DNA from: Amphiscolops sp. MND2022
Taxonomy: Eukaryota
NCBI GenBank assembly: GCA_964187785.1
Contig: OZ076411.1
Span: 24,614,001 to 24,678,000, forward strand
Reading direction: 5' to 3'
DNA: 64,000 nt
The position numbers and the translations under genes were made by a program. A model generated the notes under the pieces. The model saw nothing but the letters and a program-made list of their open reading frames with translations, did no database searches and was not told the origin of the DNA. Each line of letters opens with the position of its first letter. Positions within the stretch are counted from its first letter, which is position 1. Below, piece by piece: positions 1-11,379 of this stretch.

Positions 1-59
1 ATATAGGTGTATAATTTTCCAAAAGTAAATTGGTCAAGGTTTATTTGCTATCACTGCAG

Positions 60-191
60 GGAAACGGCACGGAGCCAACTGACGAGTCAGATACTGAAGA
101 AGAGAAGAAAGAGGAAAAAAAGAAAAAAGTTGTTTACATACCAATTTACGACGACGATGGAAATTTCTGTTGCAACGGAACTGCCCCAGCA
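60..191 (+). CDS. Candidate internal exon of a host gene (acidic/Lys-rich, two N-glycosylation sequons, Cys pair)
   Basis: Acceptor ...tcactgcAG at 58-59 and donor GTTAGT at 192. The 132-nt phase-0 frame reads GNGTEPTDESDTEEEKKEEKKKKVVYIPIYDDDGNFCCNGTAPA. No transcript evidence. Confidence 0.4.
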
Positions 192-640
192 GTTAGTTAT
201 GTTAATTTTTAAGAGTTTCAAGTTTTCTATAATGCAAATAGTAAAGTTCTTAGGTGTTAGTTCACTTGAGTATAGTGGTCCAATTATTGATCTTTTGTTC
301 ATATTTTCCGAATCGTAAGTTAGAAAATATGTCTCAGAAACTTCTTAACATTTCTACTCTTAAACACTTTTGAATGAAATTACATAAAACATTCACATGT
401 AACCAGAGGGACCAATTACATAATGAAAGAAAATTTCGTAGCTGAACAATAAATGCAGTGAATAGTTTTCGCAAATCGTTTCATTGAAAAAATGTCAATC
501 GGTGTATTTTCAAAAAGGCCAGTTGTCAATTTTTGTACAAAAAGCAACATTGTTCACCCCCAAAAGATTCAGATTCCATCTCAAAATTTATGAAAACATA
601 TCTCGTTGAAAATTGAACATGAAATGCTCAGCTTTTGATA

Positions 641-1020
641 TTTTTAGTCAGCGTTTTCGAAGAAAATCCCGACTCTTACAGTGGCTAGTTTTTTTTCGTC
701 AGTTCAACGCGTAACGTCCACTTTTTGTGCATTAATGCAATTAATGCACATTTACCAACTTTTACCATATGTACTTAGTACTTCATTTTCAACGCATCCA
801 AAGCGTCTAACATGAGATAAAAAGCGTCCCCCCTTTTACATTTTTCGGCACTATGCGACTTACCGGAAACTTCGAAAAAAAATTCAAAAAAAATTCGGAT
901 TTTTTTTTCTCAATTTTTAGTTTTTTGAGAGTTTTTGTTGTCTCCAGTTGTAGAAAAAGTGGTTTTTGAGTCTTTTTGAGCCTTAGATATGGCGCCGACT
1001 TGGGCCGTTCCCGGCTTGTT
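641..1020 (-). repeat. Interspersed repeat family A copy (HINE/DINE-1-like)
   Basis: Ends in ...gccttagatatggcgccgacttgggccgttcccggcttgtt (AACAAG start on the minus strand). The other end is tttttagtcagcg...cccgact, as in the other copies. Confidence 0.65.
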
Positions 1021-2000
1021 ACACTTCCGATGGTAAGCCAGTTTTCTACGTTGATGCGGACGTTTTTCCCGGCGGCAACTCGTTGAACTAATCTTTATAG
1101 GCGGCGAAACTTCCCAATTTGCCCTCGGTTTTGGGATTACGGTTTTGGTTTTAGCTAGAGTAGTTGTCGGCAACCTAATTCATCGCGGAACATGCAGATT
1201 CTTGTACATTTAGCGGTTTTTTAGCTAAAGGTTTTCATTATGCAGTTTTTTTTCTAAAACTTGTTCCGAACTGTTTTAGACTGATAATTTTCAGTGCAAG
1301 GAAAAAACCGTTTTCTATTGACTTTCGTATCATTAAATTTTACTTATACAAAATTGCGACCCGATGCAGCTGATAAAGTTTTAAGTCCTTTAGGTATGCC
1401 AACTACTGTTTTCCAATAACTCCGAGTTTTCCTCAACAGTGAATTAAATTGTTTTGGTTTTTAAAAAATTTTGGCTGAAAAATCAATTTTTTCAAACGAA
1501 AACTTAATGGTTTCATGAATTTCATAGTTAAGACTGTGTTAACCACTGTTTTCCGCTTACCCTATTGAGGTATCCTATAGGTAACCCAAAAATGTCTATC
1601 AGCAATTTTAATATAAAATTTTAGCAATCGGAAGAAAATTATCAAGATGATATTATTTCGCTACTGTCTGTTAAATATTTTAAAGATATTGAAGTTATGG
1701 GAGATCTTCGGTTTTTTAACGCTTCACTGCAACTAACTGATTTATACCAAATTAGTTGAAGTACCTGCTTTCACGGGGCCAGATGAAAAACTTCGAACAA
1801 ATTCAGTTCTTTTCTCTTCGTGTTTCTGCTCTGACTTTGGCAACTTAACGGGGTCGATGAGTCATGGTACTATGATGGGCCGCAAATTTCTTTTTTTTGC
1901 GTATCAAGTTTTTTGCATATTTCAGATGTGTTTCACACTAATGGCTTAAGTCGCATACACCCGTTCTCTGAATGAACATGTTTTTCGTGCTTTTATCCAC

Positions 2001-2497
2001 GGCACCACGACAATTCGTACAAACGACATTTCGTACAATAGCCAAAAACCCGACATTTCGTACACGGACAATTGCTACAAAAATGAAACCGGACATTTCG
2101 TACAAAAGACATTTCGTACAAAACTGAATTGAACAGATTTGCAAAATAGGTCTCAAACAACAGAATTACTAGCTTTCAGTGCTGTTACAGCCAATATGTA
2201 TGGAACTTGATTCAATTAAAGAGGTTAGCAAATATGTTGTATGGCTCGGTCGCTTCGCTCCCTTCGCCAAGTAGCAACATAGAGGCATGACCAAATGGCA
2301 CGTCGCTCCGCTTCGCTTCGCTCCTGCATTTAGGGCACTAGGGGTATGTGAACATAGCTGACTACGGTATAATAATAAGTTGTATAATATAAATTGCACG
2401 AAATGTCTGGTTTCGCTTTTGTACGAAATGTCTGGTTTTGGTTTTTGTACGAGATGTCGTGTGTACGAAATGTCATGTGTAAGAATTGTCGTGCCCC
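2001..2497. mobile_element. MULE/Mutator-like non-autonomous MITE
   Basis: 9-bp TSD TTTATCCAC (1992-2000 and 2498-2506). Inverted termini ggcaccacgacaattc / gaattgtcgtgcccc. Inverted subterminal arrays of gacatttcgtac. A 9-bp TSD is typical of MULEs. Confidence 0.8.
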
Positions 2498-3667
2498 TTT
2501 ATCCACTTAGGCTTGCAATTCCTGAGCTTTGCACAAGCACGACCTTGACTCGTCTTTTATAAAACTGCAACTATTTAGGTGTTCTTTTTTCCGCCAGCAT
2601 TAAGTTCAAATCCAGTCAGTTTCGTGCCAGCGAGCGAAATTTTTGATGAAAATTAACTAAAAGTTGCCATGTATCCATTTGAAAGAAGTAATTCAATTTT
2701 AGTCTTAGTGATCACTTGGATTTTGTTGGATTACCTTGAAGAATAATTTTGCTCAAAATAGACTCGTGAGCACATGCATTTGTTAGCAATCACTTTATTT
2801 GGTCATTTTACAAAATATTTTGATACTTTTTAGAATGAAACTGAAACTGTTGACAAGAAATACGCGAGCATCGGAGAAGCTTACACCTGAGAGATAGAAG
2901 ACACCCCAAAACACTTCAATGCCCCTACGCATTGTTATGACATCAGCTTTCTCAATAGTTTCTGATTGGGTGTCTCGTTGTTCTTTGAATGCTTCTCAGG
3001 AAATATCCAACCACTAAATTAGAGGTGACTGTGTCTCTGTCCTCATTTCAATAGAATTTCGTACGAAGTATTATCTTTTCTTCACAACAGCAAGCATTTG
3101 AACGAATCCGTGTTTTGATAAAAACGGATGGGAACTTCTAGTTGTTCCAGAACATCGTACAGATGGTTTTCAACTTCAAAATCAAAAGATAGTGGTCGCT
3201 TGGTCAATGAAGTCTAGTTAGATTTCCCAGTGAAAATTTTGAGTTGTCTGGCTTTCAAAAGTCCATTTGGACGTATCCAAAAAAGGAAAAAAAACTAGCC
3301 ACTGTAATAGTCGGGCTCTTTTCACTAGAAAAGCGCCGACTAAAAACAACTCAGTGTAAAAGTCGGGCACTTTTCTTCAAAAGCGCCAACTAAAGGAATT
3401 CCTTTGGGTTTCAGATATTTTCAGTAGGGGTAAAACATTCTTTCCAGCTGAAACGTTGGACCCTTGAGCACAAAATTTTCCAAATTGAAATGTACTAAAA
3501 ACAGTTTTTGATATACCCAAAAAAGCCCAAATTTGATTTTATTTTCAAATTATACAAGGTGTTGCCAAAAAAACAGAATTTCAAATCTATTCTACGATGA
3601 ATTTTTTCATATTTTTTCAGAAAGAAGTCTACTATAACCTTTTTTCTGATACATCGTGTATAAACAT

Positions 3668-4265
3668 GAAGCAGACAGGAACGTCTCAAGTCGGCACCCC
3701 ACTTAAGGCTCAAAAAGCGCAAAGTTTTTCAAAAACTCTCAGAGGTTTTTCGAGTAAAATCTATCTATCATAGGAATAACAAACAAATGGCTGTTAGATG
3801 GTACTAAGTTACCTTGAAGAAATGTTTACAGAAATGTGTCAGTTCGCTGGTCTCAAAAAACCAAAATTTGGATATAGCACAATATTGTCGAACCTCCGCC
3901 ATTTCCTCAGTAGAACGTAACTTACTTCGAATATAACGTCAAAAGTTCGGATATAGCGTGTTGGGCCACATTGGAGCGCATTTTTTGGAACTTCGGCCTC
4001 CTCCTTAACAAACAGCAATTTACTTCGAATATATCGTCAAAATTCGGATACAGCGCAGTAATTTCCAACCTCGGCTTCCGCCTTAGTAAAACGCAATATA
4101 GTTCAGATACAACGTCAAAAGTTCGGATATAAAGTGCTATTGACGTCGGCCTCAGGAGTGTGTATTAGATTGTAAGAGTGGACCATTCAGAATGAGATTG
4201 TCACCTAACAAAAAATTTGCCACTGTAATGGTCGTGCGCATTTTCTGCTTAACTGCGTCGTCTAA
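3668..4265 (+). repeat. Family A copy with internal degenerate tandem repeats
   Basis: Degenerate 5' end (ggaacgtctcaagtcggcacc...taaggctcaaaaagcgc) and 3' ccactgtaatggtcg...gcgtcgtcta end. Recurring ttcggatatagcg / acttcgaatata units at ~3860-4160. Confidence 0.5.
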
Positions 4266-4615
4266 TAAAAATGGTTAAATCCGATACTTTCTGAGGTTTT
4301 TTTCTGAAGTGTTGCGGGGATTTATATTCATTTTTATTTTCAGTTTATTTTCATTTTGGAAACATTCATTCATTTATATATGAACTAGTTTTCAGTCTTG
4401 GAATATACGGTTGTTTTTTCTCTATGAACAATTGAGGTTTAAGGTGTGTGATTTGTGCTAGAGGAAGGCCTTTTACAAATGTATTCGAAACGTATTGCAC
4501 TCGTGGTCAAAAAGAAAAAGATTCAGGTCTCAAACAACTTTCGAATCCAAAACTGTTGCTTGGAACTTAAGACAGTGGAACTTATCTACTGAGCTACAGT
4601 GGAAAATTCTCTAAT

Positions 4616-5339
4616 TGTAACGTCCAGCAAAAGACGTCACAAAAATTCGAAGAAATGTGCGATAGCAAAATTTCTAAATCAAGATGGCCGACCTGACTGG
4701 TACTGGAAATTGAAAAGGATGATGGAAAATAGTGCAAAAAACCCCCACCCAGCCCGAGAGAGAACACACCGCCATAGAAATTTCCCCGAAATTGCCGTGT
4801 TGTGCCATCTCCCTCGGAAGACGTCCCAGCTGCCAGCAGAACCCCAAGAATGGCCCAAGAGATGAAGAAACTCAGAAGTTTGCATATTTTGCATGTGCCA
4901 CCTAGTAGGTCCAAGACCAAGGCTCGCTGACACTGACGCCTGATGTTTCTTCAGCCTGTTGTACCATATTTGTGGTTCTTGTAGATGTTTGGCGATGTTT
5001 TACCCCTTATTTCACCCAGTTTAGACGTTATTCACTAATTAAATGTACTTTGGCTAAACCCCTGTTTTTGGATCTCGGAGGTATGTAGGAACACGCAGGA
5101 GCATTAGGAATTGTTTTTACAGGCTTGAGGGACGTGTCTGGACTTTGAGAGCGCCGGCACGTCGCCTCGGAGCTCTAATAGAGGAGACTCCTTAGACAAT
5201 TGGAAAAGTCCCTTTAAGGAGACCATTTTGGGATTAAGAACTAATGCCTAGGGCTGTAGTAACACAACGGTCTCCTGTCTAAGCACCCTGGGCATTGTCC
5301 CACTTCTATGATGTACTCTGCTACGTGGCTGACGTTACA
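4616..5339 (+). repeat. 5' LTR (724 bp)
   Basis: TGTAACGTC...GACGTTACA is a perfect 9-bp terminal inverted repeat. Five substitutions (hand count) relative to 8964-9687. Confidence 0.9.
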
Positions 5340-5355
5340 TCTAGAATAGTTTTTA

Positions 5356-5373
5356 TGGCGCCCCACAAGGGAC
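5356..5373 (+). promoter_or_regulatory. Primer-binding site, tRNA-Lys-like
   Basis: TGGCGCCCCACAAGGGAC matches the canonical Lys PBS TGGCGCCCGAACAGGGAC at 14/18. It lies 16 nt downstream of the LTR. Confidence 0.6.
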
Positions 5374-8300
5374 ATTTTCCATGTTTTCGCCATATTAGGA
5401 GTTTTTCCTGCTTTTCGGCCCTGTTAGGTCTGGATCTAGGAAAACTTTCTGGAGAGTCCTAGATTGTTTTTCTTGCCTTTTTCTAGCCTTACAGGCTTTG
5501 TATTAGTGTTTTTCCTGCGTTTCCTGCATGTTTCCAGGGTCTGAAATGAGAAATAACCGATTTATAACAGAGTACCGATTAAAAACCGTTTCTACCTGTT
5601 GAAATTGAACTTCCGGCCTCACCGGATTCTGTTTTGAAGAGTTCTGTAGCCTCATTTCAGCTAATTTGCAATGTATGGGGACCGAGAGGACGACCGCTGA
5701 AGGTTTCCATCAGCTGTGATGACGTGGTGACGTCCTCCACGACGAATCCTCCCGTACCCTTGTGATTGCAGTGTACCCTCGTCAAACGAGTGAAATCACC
5801 AATTTTCTTAATTTTGAAGCCCAAAAAACATATTCCTAGGCCTATTTCCACAGAAACTAGCTGAGAAAAATACCCAGCGGGTGTTTGGACCGGTTGTGAA
5901 AAAGTTTGAGCGCGAAAACCCAGAAAATCACCTTATCTAAAGCTCAAACCTCAATTTTACTAATTTTGAAAGTCAAAAATTTGTAGAATAGAATACGGCC
6001 GGTGGGAATACAATAAAAATGTTTCATTAGACCTGTTAGGTCAGGAACAGGAAAATTTGCTGGGCTAAATTTCTGAAACATTGAAATATTTAGCAAATTT
6101 TGTTGAAAAAACATCAATTTTGGCCTAAAAGACCAAAATTAGTGAGGGCGAAGTCTTGGGCGTTTGTTCCCAAGCTTTTAGATTGGCCCAAAAACATTGT
6201 TCCCGAGCTTGGTGGTACGAAACAATACTGCCAAGACAACTTTTAGCCTTCCCCAATATAAATTGAAACTTTAACCCCTGATTTTCTTTAATATATATAG
6301 ACCTGAGTAGAGGACCCGATAGACCTGAGAGTTATAACATCAAAACTAATAATTGAAACAACCCCAGTCCCCCGAATAAAGATATTACACCTTTTCCTAC
6401 TGTACTATTAGAACTATTCCATCTGGGAACCGAGAACTAAAAAGTTCCTGGGGAAAATACGTGTTTTTCATAAGTGTTTCCAGAGTGTAAAAGGTGTAAC
6501 TTGAAAAATTTTTGAGAGACCTTTTTTGGAACCTGCCAGGGTTCGCTTGCCTATTTTTTGCTAGTATATATAGAGTATACCGTTGCAAACGAAGAAAACC
6601 GCGAGTGATTCCAACAAGTGCTGGCCGAGAAACAGCCAAAAACGCGTTATTTCAGTGACAATATCGGTACACTGGAATAGTGTTCCTGAGACAGGTCGAA
6701 ATCTCTCTCAGCAGGAGTAGCCCAAAACGGATTGCACTATCGTGTAGACCGTAAAAAGGTACGTTAGTGGTGTAATTTTCGTAGTGCTACCATTACTAGT
6801 GATTGAGAAATCTTAGCCGCAGTTTTGCTCAAAATTTGTACGAACTTGTCGAAAAAATCGAATTTTAGTTGAGCATAGTGCTATACCTTGGAGGTACCCC
6901 AGCACTAAGATTATTGCATTTTCGAAACGTACGGCACTAGATCCCGACGATTTGTGCATTTTGAACAGCTTGCTACTGTCCAATTTGGAGAAATTGACAT
7001 TTTTGTGAAATTTGACCTCAGAAAGTGACCAATAGGGTACATCTTAGTTTGTCGACTCGGATTGCAGAATATTGATCTGGGCACCCCGCTGTTTTGTTTT
7101 TCTGTTACGTGGGCATAATTCACGCTCGCATACAAAATTTCAGGTAGCTAGGAAGCCTAGAAGGCGAGTTTGACGGACATGTGTAAGTTTCACAACATAG
7201 TCGATTTTCGTAACAACATTGTTAAACAATCCCACATCACGTATAATCAATTTTGGCGCAATCGACGGTGATGTTCCCACAATTTGGCCACTATAGTTTA
7301 CCGTGTTAAAATTTCAAGTCGCTACTAGCTGTAGAAGTGATTTTCACCTTTCCCAGGCGTGCACATTGGCGAAAAAATTGCCGATTTTGAGAAATCTTGC
7401 GAAAAATCACACAGTTTTCGTAGGTGTAGTAGCAAGTGAGATCTCAAAAAACCCTAGTTCTACTCTAGCCACCCATAGCACGTCTAATTGAAACAATCAG
7501 AATAGAGCTAGCTAAACCCTAAGATCTTGGGTTCGTCGAAAAACTGTCTACAAGACGAAGAAGCGAAAAACACAAAAACCTTGTTTTTTCTCTCAACAGC
7601 TGTCAAAGTCACTTGAGTGCAATCTATTTATTGAGATTACGCATACTCAGTGCCCTACGGGACCTACGGGTGCTGGAGCGCGTTTATAGGCACTTTTAGA
7701 GGTTTAGATTTTGTACGCAGTGCGTCTCAAAACAAAACAACAAAGGCTATAGTTACTACCATGGGTGAAAAAGAACGCTTTTTCTGATCCTGCTACGATC
7801 GTAGGCAAGAAAACACTTCAAACTTATTGTCCCTCTTTCAACTTACCCCCAAGGTCTCTCCCCAATCCCTAATAACATTTTTGTTTTTACTTGTGCTCCC
7901 AGAAACAGGGCAGCATGAGTGACGAAACGTCTTTTCAAACAATCTAACGTCTGTAGCCAAGCAGGCTTCTCAAAAAATCAATATTCGTTGCTCGATTCAT
8001 GCCTAGTGTGAACCTCGGTTCTCGGTACCACAGTTGCGTGAACCATATCGATGTGAAAACACCGGACAAGAGATTGGCCCTGGGAGTACCTGTAGTCTCC
8101 CGAGAGAAATCAACACCAAGCATGATAAAATACCTGGAGCTTCGAAGCTCTGAGAACTGCTTGGCCAACCGCCGTGCTTTTAAAACTCCAATGATTGCTC
8201 CGGAACGCTTTTTTATTGCCAAAGACTGTTTTCATTGTTTTAATGATCTACCATACCTGATTTTTTAACTTCCGTTAGTCATAGTCTATCATCGCTATCG

Positions 8301-8955
8301 ATATAATCATCCTCTTGAGAAGCAATTTATTTCCATCTTTTACATATACACTGGTGCCTATATTACCTACACAACACTTTTATCTGAGCGTACACTGATA
8401 ACTCAATAGATTGAATGGGTCCTCACTTTTGGTGATATTTTTGATTTATGGTATCAATTTTTCCGTTGGTGCTATTTTTTGTGCAGTTTCTGTTGGCCTT
8501 GAACTACGACAGTTTTGCAAGACCACAGCCATTACTTTTACTCTTCGCTATTCAAGTGCTATCGTGCATTTTGTACAACCTAACTTATCAGGTAGGACCG
8601 AGCTTGATGCCAATCCTGTTGTGATGTGTGCTTTTTATACAGATGCAGTAAAATTAAGTGCTAGAAATTTTGGGTGCGAAAATAAAAGTCTGAAAACGTT
8701 TTGAGTATAATTCTGTGTGTCTAAAGTTGCTAATGCTATTCCAGTGCTAGAACCCATTGTTGGTGTGGAATCTGAGGAAGCCTGCTAGGCTAGCTGCAAA
8801 AACTCATCTTTTTGGGCAATGTCTTTTTGGGCAGTGGCAATTTGGGCAACGACTTCCATTTAGATTCCTGAAGATGTTGCAACAGTATCACTGGATGATG
8901 GCAACCAAGACGTAAACATCCACTATTGTTTGTCGAGGACGACAAACTACGGCCC

Positions 8956-8963
8956 GGGGAGGA
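8956..8963 (+). promoter_or_regulatory. Polypurine tract
   Basis: GGGGAGGA immediately precedes the TGTGACG start of the 3' LTR. Confidence 0.75.
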
Positions 8964-9687
8964 TGTGACGTCCAGCAAAAGACGTCACAAAAATTCGAAG
9001 AAATGTGCGATAGCAAAATTTCTAAATCAAGATGGCCGACCTGACTGGTACTGGAAATTGAAAAGGATGATGGAAAATAGTGCAAAAAACCCCCACCCAG
9101 CCCGAGAGAGAACACACCGCCATAGAAATTTCCCCGAAATTGCCGTGTTGTGCCATCTCCCTCGGAAGACGTCCCAGCTGCCAGCAGAACCCCAAGAATG
9201 GCCCAAGAGACGAAGAAACTCAGAAGTTTGCATATTTTGCATGTGCCACCTAGTAGGTCCAAGACCAAGGCTCGCTGACACTGACGCCTGATGTTTCTTC
9301 AGCCTGTTGTACCATATTTGTGGTTCTTGTAGATGTTTGGCGATGTTTTACCCCTTATTTCACCCAGTTTAGACGTTATTCACTAATTAAATGTACTTTG
9401 GCTAAACCCCTGTTTTTGGATCTCGGAGGTATGTAGGAACACGCAGGAGCATTAGGAATTGTTTTTACAGGCTTGAGGGACGTGTCTGGACTTTGAGAGC
9501 GCCGGCACGTCGCCTCGGAGCTCTAATAGAGGAGACTCCTTAGACAATTGGAAAAGTCCCTTTAAGGAGACCATTTTGGGATTAAGAACTAATGCCTAGG
9601 GCTGTAGTAACACAACGGGCTCCTGTCTAAGCACCCTGGGCATTGTCCCACTTCTGTGATGTACTCTGCTAGGTGGCTGACGTTACA
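8964..9687 (+). repeat. 3' LTR (724 bp)
   Basis: TGTGACGTC...GACGTTACA, near-identical to 4616-5339. Confidence 0.9.
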
Positions 9688-10112
9688 AATATTTTATTGT
9701 TGAAAGAATTGTTTTAGTTACGATTTGGCAAGCAAATGAAGGAAAAACTGAAAACACGGTTTTGTCTGTCTTTTGGAAATCACAAGTTTCAAAGTTTATG
9801 GAAAAATTCAAAAATTATAGTTGATAGAGTTCAAAAAGCCCGGGTTGACATTCATACAAAAAATGTAGATCATGCAAAGTCATCCGTGATTATACATGAA
9901 ATCATTTCAGTCATAGAATAACCAAACAAGAGACAAAATTTATGCGAATCCCACAATAACCATATTATGTTGGTTTCATTGTAAATATGTTTCCATTCTA
10001 TGTATGGTCCTTGTATGGTTTTCCATTCTTTGGTTCTTTAATGTAACGCATCTTTACCGTATATATTTTAATATAAAGTAGTGAAGTAACGCTGATGCTG
10101 ATCAATTTAAAG

Positions 10113-10324
10113 GCTACCTTTCAACCAATGTTTCCATTTTCATCAAAATTGTGAGAACCTTATCACAATGACCATTTTTTGCAACTGATGCTAATTTTTC
10201 CACCATTGATCTCCAATGAAACACAATTTTTCCTTTTGCCCAGGTGAGAACGGTTCATACGTTTTTGATATTGGAGGTCAATATTGTACTTATTCAGCCG
10301 AAGGATACAATTATTCAGAAATTT
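10113..10324 (+). CDS. Two candidate small host exons (10113-10150 and 10244-10324) separated by a 93-nt intron
   Basis: Strong acceptor tttttccttttgcccAG at 10242-10243, donors GTGAGA (10151) and GTGAGC (10325). The spliced frame reads LPFNQCFHFHQNCENGSYVFDIGGQYCTYSAEGYNYSEI, with Cys residues and NGS/NYS sequons. Confidence 0.35.
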
Positions 10325-11379
10325 GTGAGCCATTTGAGACAAATCATCATCGTTTATTATCATGTGAAGAAAACATGAAAGTCATACAACTATCAGCTTT
10401 AAAATGTATTTTTCCTAGAACACGCATATGACAAAAAAGTCAAATGTGCAAAAATGTTTCAGGTTCTTATCAAAACATCTCAAAACCTACAACCCAGAGA
10501 AACTTTCCTGGAACATTTTTGTAGCCATGGCACCTTTCTTCGGTGGTAAATTTGTGGAAGCCATATTTTTCCTAAATTCAAGTTAAAGAGTTTGCAAATT
10601 GGTGATCATTTTGCGGTGTGATTTTTAGGGAAGATTCAAGAAAGTGTTTCAGTCAAAAGTTAGCGATCTAAATCAAAGGTTCAAAGTTTGTCTCTGGAAT
10701 TTTCAAACAGCTCTTTATATAGTGAACCGACTACATCAGTGGCTTTTTTAAAACCAACGAACCTACAGATTTCTATAGGTTTTTCTATACTCTCACTGCC
10801 ACTTGGCATAGTGGACCGCTCGAATTTCCAAAAGAGTCGCACTAAACCAAAACTTTTTATGCTTGAAAAAATAGAGGGGAGACCAAAGAATCCCGTCTTT
10901 AGGTTTTTTTTCAGTTGTTGCGACTCTTTTTCTGAAACTTTTTATACTAAGACTCTTGAATTGTTAGCAGAAACAAAGAGTTTTGCGAGCATAGGTCTCT
11001 TAGAGTTTTTCGGCACTGTACGAGTCACCGAAAATTTTTTTTGGAAATTCGAAAAATCTTGAAAATTTTTTTCCACACAATTTTTAATTTTTGAGGTTTT
11101 CTGTAAAGAAAATCCATTTTCAGAGTCTTGAGTGTAACCTCTCTGATTCTGCTTTGGTCCAATGGAACCCATGAGAGTTTTCTTGTTAATTGTGGAAAAG
11201 TTTTTTCAGCACTGTGCGATATTCTTGGGGAAACCTTTTAACTTTCATAAATGTTTTCAGTTTGAAAAAAAAACGTTTTCAGAGGCCAAAGTTTTTTTGG
11301 CAATGAGATTTGTTTCCGAAGAAAAAAGTTCTTTGATGTATACAGTTAGGAAAAAACGATTTTCAGGTCTTGTTGGTAT

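Larger units (their letters stand above)
4616..9687 (+). mobile_element. Non-autonomous LTR retroelement (LARD-like, ~5.1 kb, no recognisable gag/pol)
   Basis: Two 724-bp direct repeats with TG...CA ends, a PBS-like motif after the first and a PPT before the second. The 3.6-kb interior has no ORF above ~125 aa with retroelement motifs. No clean TSD (ctaat vs aatat). Confidence 0.85.

Noticed and set aside
4594-4933. ORFs within the 724-bp LTRs (and duplicates at 8888-9291) as real genes
   Set aside because: They are short, overlap on both strands, contain no recognisable motif, and recur only because the LTR is duplicated.
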